Shown here: positions 26,424 through 37,853 of the stretch, piece by piece
How the letters are laid out: every line of letters begins with the position of its first letter
Position numbering within the stretch: position 1 is the first letter of the stretch
Assembly (NCBI GenBank): GCA_030390025.1
Contig: CM059432.1
Location: 96,846,001 to 96,910,000 of the forward strand
Origin: Squalus acanthias
Lineage: Eukaryota
Direction: 5' to 3'
Length of the DNA: 64,000 nt
Translations under genes and position numbers: made by a program
The notes under the pieces: model-generated
Told to the model about the DNA's origin: nothing
Database searches by the model: none
What the model saw: the letters and a program-made list of their open reading frames with translations, nothing else

Positions 26424-27374
26424 ATGGCAGGGCAGCTCGGCAGCGTGGAGTGCTCCTCCTGTGCTGTGTTGGAAGTCAGGGACACTTTAGGTGTCCAGGG
26501 CGAACACATGTGCAGGAAGTGTCTCCAGCTGCAGCTACTTGAAATCTGCGTTTCGGAGCTGGAGCTGCGGCTGGAGTCACTGTGGAGCATCCACGAAGCT
26601 GAGATCTTCGTCGATAGCACGTTTAATGAGGTGGTCACACCGCAGATAAAGAGTGCACAGGCAGACAGGGAATGGGTGACCACCAGACAGAGTAAAAGAA
26701 CTAGGAAGGTAGTGCAGAAGTCCCCTGGGTCCATCTCCCTCTCCGACAGATTTTCCGTTTTGGATACTGATGGGGGAGATGGTTTCTCAGGGGAATGCAG
26801 CAAGAGCCAAGTCCATGGCACTACGAGTGGCTCAGCTGCACAGGAGGGGAGGAAAAAGAGTGGGAGAGCAATAGTGATAGGGGATTCTATCGTAAGGGGA
26901 ACAGATAGACGTTTCTGTGGCCGCAGACGTGATTCCAGGATGGTATGTTGCCTCCCTGGTGCCAGGGTCAAGGATGTCACTGAACGGCTGCAGGGCATTC
27001 TGAAGGGGGAGGGCGAACAGTCAGAGGTCGTGGTTTACATTGGTACCAATGACATGGGTAGAAAGAGGGATGAGGTCCTGCAACAAGAATTTAGGGAGCT
27101 AGGTAGCAGATTAAAAAGCAGGACCTCAAAGGTTGTAATCTCTGGATTACTCCCGGTGCCACGTGCTAGTGAGTATAGGAATAGGAGGATAGAACAGATG
27201 AATGCGTGGCTAAAGAGTTGGTGCAGGAGGGAGGGCTTTAGTTTCCTGGATCACTGGGTCTGCTTCTGGGGAAGGTGGGACCTGTACAAGTCGGACGGGT
27301 TGCACCTGAACCGGAACGGGACCAACATCCTTGCGGGGAGGTTTACTAGTAATGTTGGGGGGGGTTTAAACTAA
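26424..27374 (+). CDS. CR1 ORF1 protein, 316 aa, uninterrupted (zinc finger/leucine zipper + SGNH esterase)
   Basis: CSSC...CRKC, heptad leucines, GDSIVRG, IGTNDMG, DGLHLN. Confidence 0.9.
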   Translation: MAGQLGSVECSSCAVLEVRDTLGVQGEHMCRKCLQLQLLEICVSELELRLESLWSIHEAEIFVDSTFNEVVTPQIKSAQADREWVTTRQSKRTRKVVQKSPGSISLSDRFSVLDTDGGDGFSGECSKSQVHGTTSGSAAQEGRKKSGRAIVIGDSIVRGTDRRFCGRRRDSRMVCCLPGARVKDVTERLQGILKGEGEQSEVVVYIGTNDMGRKRDEVLQQEFRELGSRLKSRTSKVVISGLLPVPRASEYRNRRIEQMNAWLKSWCRREGFSFLDHWVCFWGRWDLYKSDGLHLNRNGTNILAGRFTSNVGGGLN

Positions 27375-27493
27375 CTTGGCAGAGGGATGGGATATGGAGT
27401 GGAGCTATAGTAGGGGGTGATGCACAGCCAAATATAGAGGAAAAAACAAGTCAGCCTGGAAGGCAGAGCAAATATGTAACGGAGCAAAGGAGT

Positions 27494-30295
27494 ATGGCAA
27501 GGCTGGATGGCAATTATTTTAATGCAAGGAGTCTTGCGAGTAAGGCAGATGAATTGAAGGTGTTGATGAACACATGGGAGTATGATATTGTTGCTATCAC
27601 AGAGATGTGGTTGAGGGAGGGGCAGGACTGGCAGCTCAATATTCCGGGGTATAAAATCTTGAGGCGAGACAGAGGGGGGTGTAAAAGAGGAGGGGGTGTC
27701 GCAATATTAATCAAGGAGTCAATTACTGCTGTAAGGAGGGATGATATCTTAGCAGGTTCCTCTAATGAGGCCATATGGGTAGAACTTAAAAACAAAAAGG
27801 GGCAAGCACTTTGCTGGGAGTGTACTCTTGGCCCCTAAACAGTCAGGGGGAGATAGAGGAACAGATATGTAGGCAAAACTCAGAAGTGTAGAAATAATAG
27901 GGTAATAATAGTAGGGGATTTCAACTTCCCCGATATTAACTGGGATAGTCAGAGTGTGAAAGGCTTAGAGGGTGTGGAATTCTTAAAGTGCATCCAGGAG
28001 AGCTTTTTGAGCCAGCATGTAGAAAGTCCTACAAGAGAAGGGGCGGTACTGGACCTAATTCTAGGGAATGTAGCTGGGCAAGTGGTAGAAGTGTTAGTAG
28101 GAGAGCATTTTGGTGACAGTGACCATAATTCGGTGAGATTTAAGGTAGTCATGGAAAAGGACAAAGATGGACCGGAAATAAAGGTTCTAAATTGGGAGAA
28201 GGCCGATTTTAATATGATAAGGCAAGATCTGGCCAAAGTGGACTGGGATCAGCTACTTGTAGGAAAATCCACATCAGAGCAGTGGGAGTCTTTCAGAAAG
28301 GAAATAGAGAGAGTACAACGGCAACATGTTCCCGTAAAGGTCAAGGGTGGGACCAACAAGCCCAGGAAATCCTGGATGTCAAGGGATATACAAGAATGGA
28401 TGAGGAAAAAAAGGGAGGCTTTTGGCAGATACAAAGGACTAAAAACAGTGGAAGTCCTAGAGGAGTATAGAAAGTGCAGGGGGGTACTTAAAAAAGAAAT
28501 TAGGAGAGCGAAGAGGGGGCATGAAATAACACTGGCGGGCAAAATAAAGGAAAATCCCAAGGTGTTTTATAAGTATATTAAGGGCAAGAGGTTAACCAGG
28601 GAAAGAGTAGGGCCCATTAGGGACCAAAGTGGCAATCTGTGTGTAGAGCCAGAAGATGTAGGTGGGGTTTTAAATGAATATTTTGCATCTGTGTTCACTA
28701 TGGAAAAGGACGATGTAGGCATAGAAATCAGGCAGGGGGATTGTGATATACTTGAACAAATTAGTATTGAGAGGGAGGAGGTACTAGCGGTTTTAGCGGG
28801 CTTAAAAGTGGATAAATCACCAGGCCCAGACGAGATGTATCCCAGGCTGCTGTGTGAGGCAAGGGAGGAGATTGCAGGGGTTCTGACACAAATTTTCAGA
28901 ACCTCTCTGGCCACAGGGGAGGTGCCAGAGAACAGCTAACGTAGTACCATTATTCAAGAAGGGTAGTGGGGATAAACCAGGGAATTACAGGCCAGTGAGC
29001 CCAACATCAGTGGTAGGGAAATTATTGGAAAAAATTCTGAGGGACAGAATTAGTCTCCACTTGGAGAGGCAAGGATTAATCAAGGATAGTCAGCATGGCT
29101 TTGTCAGGGGGAGATCATGACTGACCAATTTGATTGAATTTTTCGAGGGGGTGACTAGGTGTGTGGATGAGGGTAGTGCAGTTGATGTGGTCTACGTGGA
29201 CTTCAGGAAGGCTTTTGACAAAGTCCCGCATGGGAGACTGGTCAAGAAGGTAAGAGCCCATGGGATCCAGGGCAACTTGGCACATTGGATCCAAAATTGG
29301 CTTAGTGGCAGGAGGCAGAGGGTGATGGTCAAAGGTTGTTTTTGTGACTGGAAGCCTGTGTCCAGTGGTGTACCGCAGGGATCGGTGCTGGGTCCTTTGC
29401 TGTTTCTAGTGTACATTAATGATTTAGATATGAATGTAGGAGGTATGATCAGTAAGTTTGCAGATGACCCGAAAATTGGTGGGGTGGTAAATAGCGAGGA
29501 GGGAAGCCTTAGGCTACAGGACGATATAGACGGTTTGGTCTGATGGGCAGAACAGTGGCAAATGGAATTTAACCCTGAAAAGTGTGAGGTGATGCATTTT
29601 GGGAGGACCAACAAGGCAAGGGAATACACAATGAATGGTAGGACCCTAGGAAGGACAGAGGATCAGAGGGACCTTGGTGTGCATGTACATAGATCCCTGA
29701 AGGCAGCAGGACAGGTAGATAAGGTGGTTCAAAGGCATATGGGATACTTGCCTCCATTAGCCGAGGCATAGAATATAAGAGCAGGGAGATTATGATGGAG
29801 CTGTACAAAATGCTAGTTAGGCCACAGCTGGAATACTGTGTGCAGTTCTGGTCGCCACACTATAGGAAGGATGTGATTGCATTGGAGAGGGTGCAGAGGA
29901 GATTCACCAGGATGTTACCTGGGCTGCAGCGCTTCAGCTATGAAGAGAGACTGGACAGGCTGGGGTTGTTTTCCTTAGAGCAGAGAAGGCTGAGGGCGGA
30001 CCTGATTGAGGTGTACAAAATTATGAGGGGCATAGATAGGGTAGATAGAAAAGAACTTTTCCCCTTAGTAGAGGGGTTAATAACCAGGGGACATAGTTTC
30101 AAGGTAAGGGGCAGGAGGTTTGGAGGGGATTTGAGGAAAAACTTTTTCACCCAGAGGGTGGTTGGAATCTGGTACTCACTGCCTGAAAGGGTGGTAGAGG
30201 CAGGAACCCTCACAACATTCAAGAAGCATTTAGATGAGCACTTGAAACGCCATAGCATACAAGGCTACAGACCAAGTGCTGGCAAATGGGGTTAG
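27494..30295 (+). pseudogene. CR1 ORF2 (APE endonuclease + reverse transcriptase), several frameshifts and stops
   Basis: Consecutive ORF fragments with NARS, DSDHN, KSPGPD, DFRKAFDKV, GVPQGSVLGP, FADD and RPQLEYC motifs. Confidence 0.92.
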
Positions 30296-31003
30296 AATAG
30301 ACAGGGCTTGATGGCCGGCGCAGACACGATGGGCCAAAGGGCCTCTTTCCGTGCTTTATAACTCTATGACTCTCTTGCTGCACCCCCTTTAAAGTTGTAC
30401 CATTGAGTTTATATTGCCTCTTCTCATTCTTCCTACCAAAATGAATCACTTTACACTTCTCAGCATTGAATTTCATTTGCCATGTGCCTGCCTATTTCAC
30501 CAGTCTGTCTATGTCCTCCTGAAGTCTGTTACTATCCTCCTCACTGTTTACTACATTTCCGAGTTTCGTGTCATCTGCAAACTTTAAAACTATGCCCTGT
30601 ATACTCAATTACAGGTCATTAATATATATCAAAAAGAGCAGTGGTCCCAACACTGACCCTGGGATCACCACTGCACCCTTCCCTCCAGTCTGAAAAATAA
30701 CTGTTCACCACTACTCTCTGCTTTCTATTCCTTAGCCAATTTCGTATCCATGCAGCCATTGCCGCTTTAATCCTATGGGCTTCAATTCTTCTAACAGGTC
30801 TATTATGTGGCACTTTATCAAACACCTCTTGAAAGTCCACATACACAACATCAACCGCACTAACCTCATCAACCCTCTCCGTTACTTCATTGAAGAATTA
30901 AATCAAGTTAGTCAAACATGATTTGCGTTTAACAAATCCATGCTGGCTTTCATTTACTAACCCATATTTTTCGACGTGCCAATTAATTTTGTTCTGGATT
31001 ATT

Positions 31004-32464
31004 GGCCCGGTTACGGTCAGCGGCGAATGCATGGCCGGCCGTTCATTACACTTACCCTTGCCCAGACTTTCTGTGGGCTTTTGCACTGGAACTTGTAGTT
31101 ATTAGAGAGCCAAACCAGTGTGGCGCCCTCTACAGGGGAATCTGTGAACAGGGCAAGCAATGGTATGTCTCCTTAACCAATCAGATTGAAGAACCATTAC
31201 TGAGCCATGCAGGGGTGAAATTTAACCCCCAAAAAGGGTGGGTTGGGGTTGGGTGAAATGTTACAATTTAAAAAATCTGAAACCCGGCTCCAACCCTCCC
31301 ACTTTTGAGTTTAACGGAGGCGGGACAGGGGGCGAGCAGCCAAACCACTCCCAGGATGTGGGTTGGCCATTTAAATATTTTAATGAGTCTGGCAGCCTCA
31401 GATTTAACCCGTTTTGCAGATTTAATCCTGACCGGCTGGATTACCCGGACCTCAGGAAACCCGGCAGCTCAAGGGAGGCGAGGACAGCTTCGGGACCAGG
31501 AGGAGCAGAAATGCTTCCTTTTGGCCCCCCAAGCTTACATTCTTCCCTTGGATCTGAACCCCCATCAGCCCCCCCCACTATACAAAGGCCGGTGATGGGA
31601 CCCCCTCCTTGATCGGAACCGCCCCCCCAGAGACGGGAATCGAGGATTGGACCCCCCTCGGGGTATGGGACCCCACATCCCTGAGGTCAGGGATTGGACC
31701 TCCCCCATGATCCCAGTAGCAGCTGTAGGCTCTCTATCTGCTCCTGCGGCCTGCTCCAGAGTCCTACCCGCCCGACTGGAAGCCAAGCCTGTCAATCAGG
31801 CTGACTTCCGGCCGGCGATCCTGTCAAAGAAAAAAGTCGCATGTGGGGAAACCCAGACTTCGAAACTCCACCCCCCCCCCACCCCCCCGGCCTATGCAAC
31901 TCACTTCTGTCAATATCGGGGTTGCAGAGTCTAAACCAGGAAGAGTAAGTTAGAATATTTAACTCAATGCCAAATCATGTACAGAAAGCAAAATAAAGAC
32001 TGGGAAAGAATGATGGGATTAAGTGAGAGAGAGAAGAGACAGAAAGGAAAAGTAAAAAAAAACTATTAATTTTAAAACATTTTAATTATCCAACAATAAT
32101 TCAAATCTGAAGAAGAGACTCCACACTTGTAAAAGTTAATTTTCAATGCCAGAAAGGCCGTTTGACAGTAATTAAGACTTATCACGCTGTTAAAATTCAC
32201 TTGCACTTGAATGGACAACCCATCTTTTTCTGGCATGTTTAGTGGGTATCAAGTGATTAAGTACTGCAAATTCATACCCTTTCATGCCAAATCTCTTGCC
32301 AAGATAGTGAAGCTTGTGGAGGAGCAGGGCAACTCGGACAGCAAGTTCCTGATTTCCACGTTTAACTACGTATGTGCGGACACCGAAAGTTGCTGTCCGA
32401 TTTACTCCTTAATAACAGCGAGCGCTAGTAACCTCACCGTTATTTTCACTGCAAAATCCTGGTC
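31004..32464. mobile_element. Harbinger-type MITE, copy B (same family as 20325-25626, opposite orientation)
   Basis: Ends GGCCCGG.. / ..GCAAAATCCTGGTC; ATT duplicated at 31001-31003 and 32465-32467. Confidence 0.88.
31212..31923. mobile_element. GC-rich non-coding Harbinger-type element nested in MITE copy B
   Basis: Starts GGGGTGAAATTT, ends CAATATCGGGGTT; GCA duplicated at 31209-31211 and 31924-31926. Confidence 0.85.
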
Positions 32465-32689
32465 ATTGAATCTAAAAGTTTCCCCACCACTGCCGTTAGG
32501 TTGACCGGCCTGTAGTTGCCGGGTTGATCCCGCTCCCTTTTTTGAACAGGAGTGTAACATTTACAATCCTCCAGTCCCCTGGCACCATTCCCACTCTTTC
32601 GGGGGAGAATTCTCAAGGGGCAAGGTGGCTGAAGGCTTAGCAACTAAAAGCACAATAATATTGGACAGCTTAACTCAAATGCTTATATA

Positions 32690-33122
32690 TCAGTTTGGCT
32701 CAATTGGTAACACTCTCACCACTGAGCCAGATTGCTGTGGATTCAAGCTCCACTCAAGACTTAACTACATAATCTAGATTGATACTTCAGCTCAGTACTG
32801 AAGGAATGCTGTGTTGTAAAAGGAGCTGCAGTTGGATGAAATGTTAAACTGAGCCACTATTTGCCTATTCTAGTGGTTCACTTGGATGTTAAAGATGCTA
32901 TGGCAATATTTGGAGAACATAGTGGTCAACATTGCTCTCTGAAAGTGATTAATTGGTCAGTCGGCTCATTGCTGTTTGTGGGACCTTGCTGGATGCAAAA
33001 TGGCTGCTGTGTCTGCCTATATAACACCAATGACTGCACTTCAAAAAATAGTTCATGGTACGTGATGTGTTTTGTAACGTTTCTGAGAGACAGGACTGCA
33101 TAAATGTAACTTCTTTTTCTTT
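32690..33122 (+). mobile_element. tRNA-headed DeuSINE (SacSINE1-like), diverged
   Basis: A-box-like TGGCTCAATTGG and B-box-like GATTCAAGC; Deu-domain blocks CAGTACTGA.GGA.TGCTG, GGATGA.A.GTTAAAC.GAG and ATTGCTGTTTGTGGGA.CTTGCT; L2-like tail. Recognised from memory of the consensus. Confidence 0.8.
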
Positions 33123-33529
33123 TGCAGTCAGGGATTTCCCAGTCTTTGCATTATTACTAACTTTGTATAGGATACTGTACATGTTTTAGAGTCAGTAAGC
33201 AGGTACATTCAGGGAATAACCTTCAAAGCAGAAGCAGTGGTAACTTAACTGGTACTGCACTGGCACCTATGGTAGTACTCCTATATGAAGAAGATAGGAG
33301 CAGGAAGGAGCACACAGCTTTGCCTACTTCTCTTTCTTTGTTCATTTTGAGTTTCATAAAATCAAGAAGCCACATGACTGATTTTAAATTGTTTGTATTT
33401 TCAATGGAATCTGTGTATTGTATTTTTAAAGTTAGATGAGAAGCATGCAGAATCTCCTGGAATTTTAGTTTGTTGAGTAATAGTGGGTTTAATATTGGGG
33501 TTGGGCCGTTGTTGTTCATTGTTTGTGTT

Positions 33530-33864
33530 ACACACCTGCTCCTCCCGGCTCTGCATTGAGGTATTTTTTTTCAAAACGTAACTTTTTGGGAGCGGTCTCC
33601 AGCAGTTCCTTTAAGGACCACCGTTTGTAGACTGAGTTATTCTGAAGGCAGCAGGCCCGGCGCCAGCTGCATTCAAGGCAGCCGAATTGCGGAAAGAGGT
33701 CCTGAAGTATGTGTTTCAGGCACGAGCCCTAGACGCCTATACTTCAGCCTTTATCAATGTGGTGGGTAGCGCACTTCCGGCATGGAACATGCCGCCTTAT
33801 TGGATGCCTAGGGCGCCTGTTTTACGCCTGTAAAACGGGCACAGCCCCAACATATTTCTAGGTC
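33530..33864. mobile_element. Right-hand part of a Harbinger-type MITE
   Basis: CpG-rich block with CCTTTAAGG, a subterminal hairpin (GCCTGTTTTAC..GTAAAACGGGC) and TIR-like ATTTCTAGGTC end. Confidence 0.55.
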
Positions 33865-34669
33865 AATATGTTGCAATTGGTATTTAAGTAAGTTACGAGA
33901 AGAAAAGACAGCAATCAAGATATTTTGAACAGCAGTCCCTTTTGTGCAAGCTTGAAGTTTTTAAAAATGTAAGTTTGCAGGCACAACTTCTTCAAAACAA
34001 AAGAAACAAAACAAAAAGTATTGTTGAAAAACAAAGGAAGACAGAAAGCAAAGAAATGCAAAATAATCTAATCTAATCATTTGTTCAATTGCCTAAATCA
34101 AAACTCAAACAAAATTGTCAGCAGCATACTAAAAAGCTAACTCCAAAATAAGAAAGTTATTGTTATAGAATGAATTCAACACTGATCTTCATTTGGTTTC
34201 TTCATTTCTCTTCACAATTCATTTGAATCTCAACAAAAGAATTTTCCCCATTGTCTCAACTAGCTCAAGATACATATTATTATGATCATCTTTATTATAT
34301 AATGTTAAGTTTATTGTTCTGTTCGAATAATATAATTGAAACCACTGTCAACTTGCAGGCTTGAGGGGCTGAATGGCCTAATCCTACTCCTATTTCTTAT
34401 ATCCTTTGAAGAAACAAAGACAGAAAAAATGACAAATATAGTGGTTACTTTTGAGGTTAGAGTTACAGTAGCTAAAAACTTAATAAAAATCATGCAAAGC
34501 ACATGCACAGTAGAACTATTAACCAAGTTATTCTAACCACTTTATGTAGGAAGATGCTTTTTATTTTTACTACTGTGGTCCATTTTCAGGATTGTGCAGT
34601 TTACATATTCATGCCAGTGACCTCCTCTATCCATTATTCTTGTCACTCATAAAGCTAAAACCCAGTAAC

Positions 34670-36380
34670 TGTAGAATTCGCAATATATCGCGATTTTATA
34701 AATAAGGAGAAAAACACAGAGTTTCGTTCAAACAGCTTTTATTTCAGCAGAATGCTGTCAGGTTTTCAAAGTGGACACAAGCAGCTTGTAAAATGGCCGC
34801 CGCACCTCGTGGCAGAACATTCTAGACTTTTCAACAGGCAGACAAGATGGCGTTCCAGTAAACATTTGTGCAAGATCGATTAAGACTCAGCACATTGAAG
34901 ATAATACACGAGACATCATGGGTTTACAGTATACACATAAATACTGAAATCGGTCTCCCAGGTACGAATGAAAGCTATTGTACCAAGTAATCAAGAGCCC
35001 ATCCAAAGACATTAATATGTAAAATCCCAACGACTCTACGATGAGAGAGCCGTTAGCGGGTAGTTACAGAAAACACTTGGAAGCCCCAAAACCCCTCCAG
35101 GGAGAACACCGACCGATTAAACAATGGGAGAAATATTAACAGGTACTCAGACATTTATGAGTAGCCCCGAAACCCATCAAAAACGGAGATCACCCTATAC
35201 AAGACATTTGAGCGCCAAACCCTAACAAAAGAAAAGACATTAAGGTTGGGCGGGAAACGGAAGATTTTGTACTATAATTACAAGCTCCAAACCGTCCATC
35301 TTTCTCTTATCCTCTTATCTTGCTGGTGTTCATCCTCGTGGCTGCTCCTGTGCTCTTGACTCGCCGTCTTGTTCCTGCTTGCCTCGTGTCTCTTTTAAAG
35401 ACTGTTGAACTTTGTGATCCGCTCGGATCTACCTCGTGTCGTGTCGCGAAGACCTGTGTAGAACTGGGCTCTGAAGCCTTGAAGCGGGCGCACCATTCCG
35501 ATAAGTCGGTAAACGGTGTCGGAACCGAAGGCCCGAGATGAGATGAGATGAGATGAGATGAGATGAGAAGAGAAGAAGACCATACTTATCGCCACGGTCA
35601 GTAAGCCCCGACCGCGCCTATAGGTCGAATAGACATTTTCCTTGCCAGGAAGACTTCTTTGAGTTCTACAGAACTGACACAGGAAGACTCTTCTTCGAGT
35701 TTTATCGAACCTGTGCGAGGGCACAGGAAGACTCTTTTTTGAGTATAGTCGGAACTCCGAGGACAACACAGATCTTCATGACAGCAGACGTTCCAGCCTG
35801 CTAGCCGGAGCAGAACGAGTAAACAAGTGGGGCCAGGAGACCCCCTGATCGACACGTGGGTGCTGCGGTGAAAAACATCCGATCAGAGTTTTCGGAATTC
35901 TCCGAGTTATCACGAGTGGTGAGCATGAGTCTCGAATCCTACGAATCTAGCTTAGGACAGATATTGATAGGGGAGGGTTTCAAGTATTAAGGATAATTGT
36001 AATGTGTGCCCCCATTTACGGTGTGTCATTCGTTCCTCGTTTCCCTGAAATTAGTTACATAACTGCGTGTAAGATTGTACTGTCATTAATCTGTGCTTAT
36101 GACATGTATTTCGTAATCTTAAGTATTATGCAATAAAGATTTTCCATTTCGTACCATTCAACCGAGTCTACCTGAGTTTCATCTCCATTACTGCTCTCGC
36201 ATCTAAGTCCAGTGTCTAGAACTGTAAGGGCGAGTGGGTCGAACCACTCACAGGTGTGTATAGTGCTCCCAGACTGGCTGGAGACCAGAACAGGCAACAA
36301 GGCCTAAACCCGCACTAGCATACAGGCTGCACAGAGCCACACGAATCTCACAGGCTGAGAGACGGTCAGAAACCCTTACA
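34670..36380 (+). mobile_element. Solo LTR, 1711 bp (LTR retrotransposon or ERV; family unassigned)
   Basis: TGTA...TACA termini; TAAC duplicated at 34666-34669 and 36381-36384; GC box 35248, TATAAT 35273, AATAAA 36132; CpG-rich relative to flanks. Confidence 0.88.
35536..35580 (+). repeat. (AGATG)n pentanucleotide microsatellite inside the LTR
   Basis: Six AGATG units followed by AGAAG units. Confidence 0.95.
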
Positions 36381-37853
36381 TAACGAAGAAATATCTTTGT
36401 AACAGTTGGTGCTTGGAGAAATCTTTTTATGTGTAGGCTTTTTAGTTAGTACATCGCGGGATACTGTCTGGAACATTGTGCACTGCTGCTTCTTTACAGC
36501 ATTGTAGCTATTTATGCACCTATGTCAAAACCCTAGGGGGGAATTTTCCGTGGTCAGCGGGCACAATTGGTGGCGGGTCGGGTGGAAAAGTGGGGCTTTT
36601 TGATACCGGGTCAAGACCTCGCTGTCAACCCGCCACCACGTGCCTTTACCAAATGTTGGGTCTGTCAGCACTGAGTAGACCCGACACGCAGCGGTGGGGG
36701 AGGCAATTCACATCATTATGATCTTGTTAACAGAGGATTAACAACAATTTTGAGCTCAACTTTAGAATTTACCAGCTCGCCAACGGGGTCCATGCTGCTT
36801 GGGGATCACGTCTGTTAAGCTGGGCCAGAGTTGAATGGCCATGGAATCATCTCATTACTTGACAGCTGCAAATGTGCTATAAAAGCTCCCATCTCACAGC
36901 TGTTTACTTTCCAAGCTCAGAAGCTGTTGCTTACTGCTTTTGGAAGACAGATTGAGCTTCATGCAGGTTGCAAGTGTTTGAAGCAAACTCTCTATCCAGT
37001 GTCACCTCATTGGAACAACCTCTCTCACCATTGACAGGTTGCTTCTGTCATCACAAGTTCACCTGCCACCTATTCCATCAGCATCAGTGCCCTTTACACT
37101 CTCTCACCTAGGTCCTCAGAATCTGACCACGATCAGCCGCAACACCAGCAGCACCAGGCACACCAGCAGCACCAACAACCACACCAACCTTCTCCGCAAT
37201 CACCTGATGCTCCACAGGACAAACGGCATCAGCACCCAAGTACATTGCTGCCCAGGACGCCAGGGATGGCCTCACCATGGCCACATTTAATTCACTTGAC
37301 GCTGTATACCCTGGCTGCCACATGATGCGCCAGGTTGGCACTACCCCACACCATCACCATAAAGCATCCCTACAATGCCCAAGCCATTCCTTTCACAATA
37401 ACCACCATTGCGGGGGGTGCCGCTATGTCTCACCATTCACTGCAACTCACTAAGCCACTTCCAAATGTGTACACAAATTTGTCCAAGAACACAAATGGGT
37501 AGAAATTAGGTCGCGCCCCATTTGGGGCGCAAATATCGTCCGGACGCAAATATTAGCGCCTGACGCTAATTATCGGCACTGACAGGAAACTTCACTTTTA
37601 CCGCCCCGGGAGGTGAGTGGAGCGCTAAATTAGGCGCTGCACACCTCTCTTAAGGCGCAAAGGCCAAGGAGTGAGGCGCTAACTCAGCGCACGAGCGCAG
37701 CGCAGCTGCTGCCAGTTAGCGAGGGAACACAGACACAATGGCGCTGGACACTTCTTAAAGCGGGGGGGGGCCACTTGCTCCCCAGCCACACCCTGCTCAT
37801 TGCAGCCTTGAATCTCAGCCTGGAGAGACCTGTAATCCATTTTGCTGCCAAGC

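Larger units (their letters stand above)
26133..30369 (+). mobile_element. Near full-length CR1 LINE
   Basis: 5'UTR, ORF1, ORF2 (APE, RT) and CTATGACT tail in order; inserted antisense into the 20159-32600 CR1. No clear TSD. Confidence 0.93.
20159..32600 (-). mobile_element. 5'-truncated CR1 LINE in four pieces (20159-20324, 25627-26132, 30370-31003, 32465-32600), host of the nested cluster
   Basis: The pieces are colinear with the CR1 at 17904-19338, from the tail back through RT. Confidence 0.88.

Noticed and set aside
26424..27374. Selective preservation (exaptation) of CR1 ORF1 while ORF2 decayed
   Set aside because: About five lesions in 2.8 kb of ORF2 make zero lesions in 0.95 kb unremarkable by chance.
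587..29629. Many 60-270 aa ORFs antisense or off-frame to CR1/L2 ORF2 (e.g. 587-1042, 10354-11157, 29192-29629)
   Set aside because: Recurrent shadow frames of LINE coding sequence.
32696..32765. tRNA gene
   Set aside because: A/B-box-like motifs belong to the SINE head; no cloverleaf.
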